A stretch of 59,504 nt of DNA, the filler included, from Sphacelaria rigidula (lineage: Eukaryota), in the NCBI GenBank assembly GCA_964200075.2. It is 9 parts of 9 records of this genome, joined end to end, with 100 filler letters (N's around TTAATTAATTAA, not from the genome) between each part and the next. Parts side by side here need not be neighbours in the genome. Positions count along the whole stretch, not along the records: positions 19,870 to 26,392 come from CAXNAA020019563.1; positions 26,493 to 33,015 come from CAXNAA020019564.1; positions 33,116 to 39,638 come from CAXNAA020019565.1; 6 more parts are not named here. The stretch is one strand, 5' to 3'. Positions 25,929-36,966 of the stretch are shown here, piece by piece; positions within the stretch are counted from its first letter, which is position 1; each line of letters begins with the position of its first letter. Below the pieces are notes generated by a model. It saw only the letters and a list, made by a program, of their open reading frames with translations, ran no database searches and had not been told where the DNA came from. Made by a program: the position numbers and the translations under genes.

Positions 25929-27195
25929 CTACAAGGTGGGGACAGCACATTCTTGACAACGTATCATTGTCTTGAAATAGTAGCTGTACTGTATTAGTTC
26001 GTTCTGCGTGTTCTTTTCTTTCTCGTTCCTCGTCTTTTTGTCCTCGGTCCTTTCGTCGACTTTACTTTGTTTTAGCAAGTACAGTATTTCTCATATTTCC
26101 TTTCGACTACTTCGGGTATGGATGTACGTCTTATCTTGTGGCCCTCGGGCGAGATTCCTAGCGAACCGATTAACGTGCGATAATCAATCAACCAGTCATT
26201 TGTCAGGAGACGAGCAGAATTTATCAGCCAATCGACGAGCCAATCAATAACTCAATCAATGTTGACCTCTAAAAGTAGGGCTCGTACGACGAACTATTTC
26301 TCTTCGCATTTCCCCCCCCTGCTCCGTCTCGAAAGGGATGCGTGGTCAATGGTCAGACGACTAAGGCAAGCAACACATGAGAACGCTTCCCCNNNNNNNN
26401 NNNNNNNNNNNNNNNNNNNNNNNNNNNNNNNNNNNNTTAATTAATTAANNNNNNNNNNNNNNNNNNNNNNNNNNNNNNNNNNNNNNNNNNNNGGGGGCGT
26501 ACTCATTCGTTGCTTGCCTTAGTCATTTGACCATTGACCACGCATCCCTTTCGAGACGGAGCACAATAGGACAGCAGCAAATGAATTGGTGTAATGTCAC
26601 CGTACAGTACAATTCGACGAAAACGGCGGTGTACAGGACATTAGAATATAGTGTTTCTCAAATAATTTCCCGGAGTTCAAGGTTGACTTCACCAACACTC
26701 TGCCCCTGGAAGACTTGACCCCAACTCTCAACGCCTGAGGCAGGACTCATATCCGCAATTCCCCCTGCGTTATAACAATGGGGGGCGGCGAGAGGCAACT
26801 GATGCCTGAAAGTGCTTCCTTGGAGCGAAAAATTGAATAAAAATAAACAACGACCCCGACCGTGTGTCGGTTGTTGCAACGACCTTCACGCGAGTTTATC
26901 GTCTAAATTGACTTCATCAGCCGACCTCCCTCCTCAACGCGAGATTTGCATAATGGCTTACTCAGCACCTTGAGTTCTATTCCCTACTCGTGCCTAGCCA
27001 CCTGTACGTCACCATCTCGTCAAATTGGAATTCGTTTCATTTCTTACCCCTTGGTCAGACGCGACATGGCACAGGTTGGACCGTACATCAACCATTGGGA
27101 ACGTGAAAACATACGCGAATAAAATGCCTTGGTTGAGCAGTACGAATTACACAAAACAGAGATTGGGGTACCACCTAGTGATTCATCAATCTTCG

Positions 27196-27226
<31 letters not shown>

Positions 27227-29304
27227 TCGCACCAGAAGGGATGTCAGAGAGATCCAGTCGTGGTCAATAGACAGACGTGCTGTACGCAACGTGAACAAAA
27301 CGAAGACAATCTCGCTAGAGGAAACTCGAGAAAATGGGGGGGGGGGGGGAAGAGGAAAAAAAAAAAGAAAGAAACAAAACAAAAAGAAGAAAAAAAAAGA
27401 AGAAAAAAGGAAAGAGAGAAAAAAAAAAAAAAAAAAAGAAAAGCGGGGGATAAAAATAAGGGAAATAAAAATGAGGAAAACAAAAGGAGACAAAACACGA
27501 AAACAAAAGGACGAAAATAAGTACAAAGAAAAACAAGGAAAAACAAATACCGACCACACGGTATGTTTATCATTGAGAGTGATCATCCTCCTGGACAGAC
27601 AGACAGAGAGAGAGGGTGTGTGTGTAAAGACTCAGCTGTAGCTTCACGTTGCCGACGTTGAAGGTCACCCGGAAATACTGTTCCGAGAGTGGACCTCGTG
27701 CCTAGAGGGCTGATTAACAATCAACTCTGTTGTTGCGTTGACTGCGAAACATGTTCAAATTGCGAACACGTACGCCCAAATTACTTGATTTTTGTGTAGC
27801 GTAAAATCATGATTTGAGTCCAGTGTAAAACCAAGTAATCACTTGAACCTCTCTGGATCCTGTACAGTACCGCCCGCCCACCGCAAACTTTTCGTGCCCT
27901 CGTATGATTCTCATGCCCTGTAAAAGCATAAATGCCCACTCCAGAATAACGAATAGATAGGTCTCAAAGGGTGCTTAGGTTAGGCTAGAGTTTGGGTACG
28001 GGTAAAAATCGGTGTCGATCCAAGGAACTTCTAGTACTTCGGTACTCCGTACCCCACATATTCGAGAGCACGGGGGAGTATTGAATACTGAAAATAATAT
28101 GGAAATTCAGAGTGACTGCAGTACCGTGCTTCCATCCTAAATTATTGGTGGGTTCAAATGACAGGAGTAACACCAACCATGGCCCAAGGCATTAACTCGT
28201 GGAGGGGTGTAAGTGTGTCCTCATGACCTCGCGTGCCGTAGTCGTGAGAGAGTTGACCTCGCACCCCTAAAAAGCCGGGACGGGGCGCGCCGTTTTTTGC
28301 CGGACCAAGACTCGCAGTCAGTCACCAAGCGCGAATCGTCGTAACGTGTTCAGCGAGTCGCACGAAGAGTGAGCCACATCCTGCTATAATAAGATCGTTC
28401 GGTCCGAAGCGTAGTGATTATTTTGGCATACGGATGACAGCCTCGAATAAGTTGCTTCATTTTCTGGTATCACCACTTGCAGACACTAACGGATCACACA
28501 CTGCCTCCTGGGTGTCACACCATCAAAACACGGCGTGGTATGATCATCATCCCTTTTTGCGCGGATCTGAGGTTCTCCACCACGCACAATACGAGCTAGC
28601 TCGACCACCCATTTTAAGAGGAGGGGCAGGGGGTATGATATCAACATCTAAGCTGGTACGAGCAGTTACGATGAGCCATGCACATACACGATGGGTAATA
28701 CTTGTGGAAGTCTCAAGGTTGAAGAAAAAAGTGGCCCACTAATCCGATGCGGGCTTGCCCCATTTCGGCGTAGAATAAGCCATGGTGGAGGAATACTTTG
28801 TTTTTTCGTCAAACCCCAAAGCTAAGACCCCAACCACAATCCCAACCCCAACTCAAAGCAGTCCGAGAACCCTCGGGCAAGGGAGGTGCGTAGAGTGCTC
28901 GAGTTAAAGCGTGCCTTGTTGTGACCGAAATCAAGGGGAGCCAACGCACTTGCCCCGCACGCTACGCGCGGACGCCGACCGAGCCCTCGGGACCGTGAGC
29001 CGTTTAAAGACCTAGATATGTTATACACTGAAACCAAGGACATGTGCAGCCATCGCTCATCTGCGCTGTACGGGGGTAACCTGGGGTAATTTGTGCTTAC
29101 GAAGATCTCTCAATGACCCGCAGTTCCAGGGTTAATTGGATGAACTCTCGAAATCCAGAAATTCATAACCGCATGCAGTCCTGTACGGTAGTATTATTGG
29201 TCACCATGTGACTGATGTGGGTGAAAGAGACAGGTGAGCTGGTTGGTATGCGCAACGGTACGCCTGGAAATTTCGAAAATGTCGGCTACAGCGGATGTGT
29301 CCAT

Positions 29305-29309
29305 GTGTG

Positions 29310-29358
<49 letters not shown>
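29305..29358 (+). repeat. (TG)n microsatellite
   Basis: More than 20 TG units. Confidence 0.97.
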
Positions 29359-29362
<4 letters not shown>

Positions 29363-29487
29363 TAGTGGCCGAACAGTTTTCAAGCTTTTTTTTACAACTT
29401 TTGTTTTGCCATTTCTCTTCGAAATCATGATGAAAACCGTCCACCAAGGCTTGCTTCCTCGTGTTCGTTGCTGTTGTCGTCGTATAC

Positions 29488-31747
29488 CTGAACAAGAACT
29501 TGCGGTCGAACTCGTAGTGGCTAGGATCCTCCTGGTCGATCACGTGTGCCAGGGTCGACAAGTCCATGGTGCTCTTGGTGATCACAGCCTGATCGTAGCC
29601 CCGCCCCATGCGATCAAAACGCAGGCAACCGAACGGCGCGCATAGACAGTTGGGGAAAGAATCGATAGAAACAAACAAGCAAGCAAACAATCGTTCAGTT
29701 GTTCTGGGACAGCAAGGCGCAAGACACGTCGAGTCAGCAAAGCATATATGTGGTCATATTTTAATGCCAGGGTCAGGGTCATACCAGGAAAAGAAAATAG
29801 GGGAGGGGGGGGGGGGGGGGGCAAAGCAGCAATAACTGCACAGAGGGTGAGCCAGATTCGCTGCAAAACCAGGACGGACAATCATATCCTTCTCACACTT
29901 GCAGCACGTCATTCTCCACCAACTCAATTCCTCCAGTCCTCGGACGGCAGAACCGAATCATTTTACCCAAAACTTGAGTAGCACCCTCATCTCACCTTCT
30001 CCAGGCCCTGCAGCGCGTCCTCATCCTCGCTGGAGACCTGCCCCGTGGGAGACGCGGCCCGCATCCTGTCCCGTAACGCCGCCACCAGCTGCCCTTTTTT
30101 GGCGCGTGTGATGCACCGGCTTCGAAGGAATTTCATCACCTGCGTCACATTTGTTTTTGCACTTTTTTTTGTATCATCATACCCATCTACCCAAGGCGAA
30201 AACTTTTGCTGCACACACGTCTTATTAAGGGTACCGCCGTCGTCCTAATTGAAAATAAGTCACCACCAGCTGAGTGCATGCACTGGTTGGTATATCGGAG
30301 ACACGCCATAAGATAGCTCGATATTTTGGGACTCGTGCATCACATGGTTTTTCGCTAGGGATCTTTCGAGGTAACCACATATTTGGGGCCATGAAAGTCC
30401 CGTGTATGATAGACAGCACTCATTCAAACATACATAACCTGGACAAAAGATTACACTGTCAAAAAAAAGTGTACTACGTAACGTGTCAACTATTGCGTCT
30501 AATGACAATAGATTCCACAATGTGCGCGGTACACTTCTTGACAATGTAATAATTTGTCATTATCCAGGGTGTGCAAACATGTGCGTTCCTGCAAATGTTT
30601 TCAGGCTAGGGTACGTACCACAGCCAAGGCACCTCTACTTTTCCAGAGTATTTGCGGTACCGGGTACTCCCGAGTACCTGCGGGATCGACCGCCACAAAA
30701 GCACTGCGTAGCTAAGGGTTCGAAAGGGTTCACTGCTGAAAAAATATTCCAGGGCGTACTCAGGGTATCAAGCGCCAAACAATACTGGCTACTCCAGGGT
30801 ACCTGGAGTACCTACCGATTGTCGGAAATAAGGAGCATGTCAAGGGGGTATCTGGGGGTATCGTCAGCCGAAAATATTCCGATGCCCTGAACAGAATATG
30901 GTCAATAGTTGCAATGGCAAAAAATCGTAATGCGCGAAGTATAGGCCTGTCGAAAGGTATTGTCGGTCCCTGAACAAGATGTGGCCAGTAGTTGCAGTGG
31001 GGAATAAAATATGCTGCGTGAAGTTATAGGCATATTTCAACTGTTGACTGTTCCGACAACAGTTTCCGACAATTGTCGGCAATAGTCCTATACTTCACGC
31101 AGTACAATTTCTTCCTGTTGAGCAACGCCACGGTAGGGGTGCACTTGTTTTTTCCGAGGCTCTTTGTTGTAGGAGCTTCTTGATGACAAATATCTGGGCG
31201 TTAGTGTACAGCCTCAGAACTTTTGAACTTGAAAGTGCAGCCCTACCGTGGAACCACTCCATTGCAAGTATCGATCTCATATTGTTTAGGGTGTGAAACA
31301 TTCCGCATCCCAGGGATATCTGCAGTGGGCCCTTAGCGAGACACTTGTACTCGTACCTTCCTTCCTGATCGCCTTCACATACCCGTGCTCACTCATGCTT
31401 AGACTTTGTGGAATTCGGGATACCTTCTTCGATCCGTCTCTCGACAATTTGCAAGTGTCGACAAAAAAAGAAAGACCCAAAGGCGCGCGGGACGGACCAT
31501 CAGACGAAAACACAACGATACTATTTGTCTTTCAATGCTACCACCATTCCCGCGAATCTGACAAGGTGTACAGATGCTGTGTCATTTTCCACACCTCTCC
31601 GATGGCAGCATCTAAGGCGGGGAAGCTCGAAGCATACATCACCCCCGTTGTGTCTCGCATGTGATTGGGGAGCATCCAGCCGTTCTCTCCCTCTCCAGAC
31701 ACAATGCCCGCATCCCTAAGAGCCTCCAATCCTGCTACCACAGAGAC
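29488..31747 (-). CDS. Beta-ketoacyl synthase (KS, N-terminal thiolase-fold half) domain protein, partial; exons 31595-31747, 29996-30139, 29488-29588
   Basis: In-phase splicing gives VSVVAGLEALRDAGIVSGEGENGWMLPNHMRDTTGVMYASSFPALDAAIGEVMKFLRSR…EDPSHYEFDRKFLFR. The 'EALxDAG … xTGVxxxS' pattern is characteristic of KS domains. The catalytic Cys exon is not on the contig. Confidence 0.8.
30431..30573. mobile_element. Small MITE with CACACCCTGGA-type TIRs; second copy at 51957-52095
   Basis: Two similar ~140-bp copies, CCTGGACAA…AAAGTGTACTACGTA…ACTATTGCGTCTA…TTCTTGACAA…ATCC(A/T)GGGTGTG, with inverted ends. Confidence 0.7.
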
Positions 31748-33279
31748 CTTATTTTGCAGAACGAAACACAGCGAGGAACAAAAAAGGTGAACGAACATAA
31801 CATACGAAAAAAAGAGACGGTGGACTCTTCGTGATGGAGTTATTTTTGTACTTCAAACGATCCCCCAGGAGTCATGATCCAGCCGTGGTCATTATCCACA
31901 GGGTTGGTACAATCGAGGTAAACACAAAGCGGAAACACTCGCTGAAGAAAAGTGAAGGAATAAAAATCAGAAATAGAACAGACGGAGTAAACCACAAAGA
32001 CATAAACAAAAAGGGGGAAAAAAAAGGAAAGAAAGATCAGAACAAAATTCCCAGGGCTCTTTACGGTACAAGTTACACGTTACGTCACAAATGTGACGTA
32101 TGAAAATCTATACGTTATGTCACGTCACACTTTGTGCTTTGTGACGTTTTGAAAATTATACGTTACGTCACGTCACATTTTTTTATCGGTACGTCACATT
32201 ACGTCACACATGTGACGTCTCAAAAAGTTATTACGACACGTCACAGTAACGTATTTTGAAACGTTTACTGTGACGTGTAACGAATAATATACGTTACGTT
32301 TGTGATGTGTAACGTATTTCGAAACGTTTGTTGTGACGTGTAACGCATAATGGACGTTGCGTTTGGGACGTGTAACACAAAATGAAACGTTGCACTCCGA
32401 TCGTGTTCAGGGCAAATGAACACGACGTACGACGTTGTGAGGTTTTATGTACCGCAACTTAGTGCGGGAGGTTCACGGTGGCTGCCTTGTTCGAGCATGA
32501 GGCGCGTTCTGCTCGCTATTTTGACATGTAAGAATGCGTTTCAGCTAGTGTATCGCTCATGCGTCCCTGACTCACACGTTGCAATTTTTAATAAATACAT
32601 GAGTACGTTATTGATGCACGAAAATCAGATAGTGAGATACCAAGATGCGCCCAGGCCATGATGTACACATACAAACGCAAGTATGTACAGATCATACGTT
32701 GGTGATACCTGGTAGTCGGTTTGCATTGTATAGGACACCCAACACATAGCAATCCGATTCTGTATTATTGTTATAATTATTTGCTCTCTCAGCAGGCCGT
32801 GTATACAAAAGATCTATATTCTACATATATATACAAGGTTCCCCTTCGGGAGGTTGGTACTGGCCTCCCGGGGGTGACGCAAGTCGAAAATAAACCAGTG
32901 TTATTCATGTTTCATATTATGGAGCCAATTGTGTGGGAGAATATCACAGGCACCGTAGGTAAGGTACCGTACCGAGCGTGCTCCCGGTATTTACCGGGGT
33001 ATCCCATACCGTGGTNNNNNNNNNNNNNNNNNNNNNNNNNNNNNNNNNNNNNNNNNNNNTTAATTAATTAANNNNNNNNNNNNNNNNNNNNNNNNNNNNN
33101 NNNNNNNNNNNNNNNCCATTTCACGTGTCTGGGCTGCGTGTGCCTGGGTTACAACGCTGAAATGAAGCCTAGGGATTGATTAATCACGAGTCGATTCGTG
33201 ATACTAAAACCAAGTAATTTACAGACGAATCATTATTTGTCCGACCCTTGAATACTTTGTGTTGGAGCCAGCTCAAATA

Positions 33280-34150
33280 GTCCTTTCAATATATACTGTG
33301 TTGAGATGTCCTCAGAGACATTGAAGCAACAACATATATTGCTCCTGTCATGATCATGAAGTAATGTATGGCAATTTATATTGGACATGCATTTGCTCCG
33401 GGAATAAAACATTCAATATATATTGTGCATGCCGGCCGTGTATGTATTGAAGTGTCAATATATAGTGAGTCAAAGTGATACGTGGGATATTGTTACCATA
33501 ATATATACTGAACGCAAACCATGCAAAAGTATTGTTTTTCCAATATATATTGCGCACGCTCATCGCATAGCTATTGTGCAGCCAATATATATTGAACACG
33601 CTTGCGGAGGAATACGTTGAGCGTTTTCGGCATGTGGTGACACATCTTTCAATGGCCCGCGAACATAGAGTTCTATTACACTTTCCTATCTACATGTTGA
33701 AAATCAAAATATATTGCTGCACCAATATGTATTGTGACCGTCGGTTCCCTCGTGTACCGTCCACCCAATATATATTGGACGCATTGACGCACGACATATT
33801 GGGGCGGCAATATATATTGACGCTTCGGGTGTTGAGTATATCGAAATATCAATATATATATATATATATTGACCTCGTGTGGCAGCTAATATATTACTCG
33901 ACAAATATATATATTGGTACCTTCTCGCACCAATATATTACTCGGCCAATATATATTGAGGCGGCGCGTGTCGTGATATATTGTTCGGTCGACATGTATT
34001 GCATGTCGCGGGCCTTGACATATTGATGGCACAATACATATTGACCCTCTTTCGTGCCATCATATTGCTCGCCCAATATATATTGACCACCCGACGTGTC
34101 GACGTATTGAGCAAGCAATATGTATTACATATTGTATTGTCCAGGGTGTG
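33280..34150. repeat. Element rich in palindromic CAATATATATTG-like motifs, ending in TTGTCCAGGGTGTG
   Basis: More than 15 CAATATATATTG/CAATATGTATTG-like motifs separated by variable sequence. Its right end matches the TIR of the MITE at 30431/51957. Confidence 0.7.
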
Positions 34151-34343
34151 GAATTTTTTTCAAGCATATAGAGTATCACCTGCGGATAACAAATACTGGG
34201 GATTTCAGAGCACCTAGAGTATCGACCGCCGAAAACACCGAGTATGTCGAGAGTACCTGAAAAAAATCGACATCTCAGATCATTTGTACTTGGACTTTAC
34301 CGTATCCATAGCATATTTGCAAAATAGAAATAGAGTAATATAC

Positions 34344-36966
34344 CTCATATATGCCATACAGCTCCGGCTGCGAAGGAGCCTGCTCGGGCGGCGGCCGTCG
34401 TCCGTCTCCGCGTCGTCCACCACCAGCATCGGGTGCATCGCCCCAGCGAGAACTTCTGCGGTCTCCTCTTGCCCCGGAATCTCTCCGATCCTCCCCCCGA
34501 TCCCTGTCGTCTCTTCGTTCTCTGCGCTCCCCACGTCGGTCCCCGTACCGGTCCTCAGATCGGTCCCTGAGCCGTTCCCCGTCCCGATCATGATTTCGAG
34601 AAGAGCGGTCCGTGGAACGGTTCCTTTCGTTCCCCCAACGAGACGATCGGCCTTCTTTGCGGCGAGACGATGATCGGTCTTTGCTTCGGCTCCGGCTCCG
34701 ACTGCGGCTCCGACTGCGACTCCGTTTATTTCTTCGTCTACGATCGGACGTTTCCTCTTCGCTTCTATCTTTTCTTGTATCCGCTTCTTCTGCTGATCGT
34801 TTTCGCTGCTTGTCGGCCGCTGCTGTCTCCGCGGCTGCCGCGTCTGCTCTGTTCTTTGCGACTCTTGCCGCGGCGGCCTTAGCAAAGAAAAACAGAATGA
34901 TAAAAAACGTACAATTCACTCGAAAAATAAGCGTCGATGATGGTATGAATATACATGTGATCACATACTACGGTGAGAGATCCGTGTGAGGTCGTGCATA
35001 ATAGGCACGTTTTGGTCGCAACAAAAGGAGCGGCGTATCCTTGGAAAAATGGTACTGCATCTCCGATTCCTAATTCAGTTCAACAGGGGGCAAGAGGGTA
35101 GGGAGGCTGCGGGTGCTCTCAATCGAAGCAAAAAGCTGCCAAACGCAATCAGACCTCAAAATTGAAATTTCCTCAAATTGCGAATAAAAAGTTTGCTGCT
35201 GGCCGGGGCTCGTTCCTCCAAGGGGATCGATGGGCTAATACGTGGAGAACGATACCAAAGTCAAGATATTCACGAGAGATACAAATCTTTTCTCAGAGGG
35301 CGTCGTGGCAGAAGCCCTTCTTCGGTCAGTGGTTGCTGTTTCGACGATCCTTTGGTGTGGTCTCTCGGATTTTTTTTTTTCTACCATCTTCTTCACCTGT
35401 GCCTGTGCTCTTAGGTCGGCCTCTCTTTTTTCCTGCCTTTTTTTCAACTGTTCATCCGGTAGCTCTCCGAAACCATCCTCGAGATCCACCACCTTTGTGT
35501 TGGGCATGGCCAGGCCCGGAAACCTAGCTTCTTTCTCCGTGCGCGGTACGCGAGGAGCAGTAGTCCTAGTGATTTTTGTACGCACGGGTCAGAGATTCAA
35601 CATACGAAAACAAGATATGGTGATGAGAATACTATAATCACACGGAAATTCGGCTACCGCAGGTGCTGAGTCGGTGCTCCAACTGTGGAGTCTAGGTTCG
35701 TGGGTGAGGTGTGAAGCACACACAAGCTCCTAATTCAGGGGGGAGGGCGATTCCCTCCTTGAGGAAAAGACCGCTAGCAAGATGTTGGTCGTGGGAATGA
35801 CCCATCGTGGGTGTTGTTTAGGGGACCGGAACTATAGAACTATAGAACATCAGGAACGCCCTCTCCACAACCAAGACTTGCACATCTCGTCGGTGTTTTT
35901 TAGACGAAGAGGAGGGAGAGGGGGGGGGGGGGGTTAGATTCCTATTTATCGAGACAATCGAGATTCAAAGTCATGCCACCGTGGGGTGGTACATAGCAAA
36001 ATACGTGTACCGTAGAAAGATTGATCATGAGATTTTTTACTCGGTTATCATAACTTGCCTTCGTCACCCCTCCCTCCCCGGAGCGGCCCAACATGGTAAC
36101 ATCGCAGCATCTCTGTGCGCGCTACAGTAAAACAGTGCGCAGTCCAAACAAGTGCGTGCAATGCAAAATAGGACGGACCGTACATGCTGCGTATCCCATC
36201 CCTATCGCACGCTATATATCGCCCACCTACTCGAGTGTAACACTGGACCGTAATGCTGTTGGCCACTACATGCCGCACACGACTTACTTGCATAATGCCG
36301 ACCTGTAAAGAGCTATGTGCCAGGGCTTCATAGCCCCGATGGCGCAACGAAGTAGATATACAAAAACAAATAATACGACTATCTAATGTCAACACGAGTC
36401 TTGCTCAAATAACACGGGTGTTACAATGTCATTACAACAGTGTCGTTACAACCAGCAGACTCTCGCCGTCAAGTTTAGGGGGTGTTATACCCCGACATCT
36501 GTAGGGCTCGTTGTTGAACGTGCTGCCAACCGGCGCTATCGTACACGGCCACATCCCCACCCCCACCAACAATCAACACCACGAGTCACCATCAAAGCCG
36601 CTTTTGAACGAGAATGTCGGCGTTGACTTACATTGCCTTGCTTCTACGCAGCCTAGAAACCAAGCCGCCATCCTACCTAGCACTGCTGCCCGTAGCTCCG
36701 GCAGGACGCTTGCCACCTGCACTGCCTCCAGGCTTCATAGCTCCGATGATACGCAGCAGATTGTCAGACAGCGAGTCTGGAAATTCCGCGCCATTTTGCG
36801 AAAGCGCGTGTCGGAAAGCAGGGGGGTCCGGAAACTCATCAGCCAAGTGGATTATGAACTCCGCCAAAGTGCGATCGCTGAGGCCCAAGTGGTTGTCCAG
36901 CTCTGTGCAGACCTTGCTGACCAGGGATAGCCGCTGGAGCTCATCTATACTGCTGTTAGAGGGCAT
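34344..36966 (-). CDS. PRP22: Pre-mRNA splicing DEAH-box RNA helicase PRP22/DHX8, 5' part; exons 36677-36966 (ATG), 35397-35565, 34344-34877
   Basis: MPSNSSIDELQRLSLVSKVCTELDNHLGLSDRTLAEFIIHLA…F..AL..NGAEFPDSL..NLLRII is the DHX8/PRP22 N-terminus. It is followed by the 'FPGLAMPN' motif, an RS/RD-rich region and 'PELYGIYE' (start of the S1 domain). Junction phases are consistent. Confidence 0.95.

Noticed and set aside
25881..25935. Plus-strand exon SEVAYLGYQAAESYGLTYK
   Set aside because: The minus-strand reading has a stronger donor (GTAAGC) and joins in phase to the exon at 22217-22430.
27044..27641. Lys-rich or Phe-rich ORFs
   Set aside because: These come from a low-complexity A-rich tract in an intron and are open in several frames by composition.
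27600..27705. Next KS exon beginning 'ARGP' on the minus strand
   Set aside because: The following residues (LSEQYFRV…) lack the expected N..ACA catalytic motif, and the phase does not follow the previous exon.
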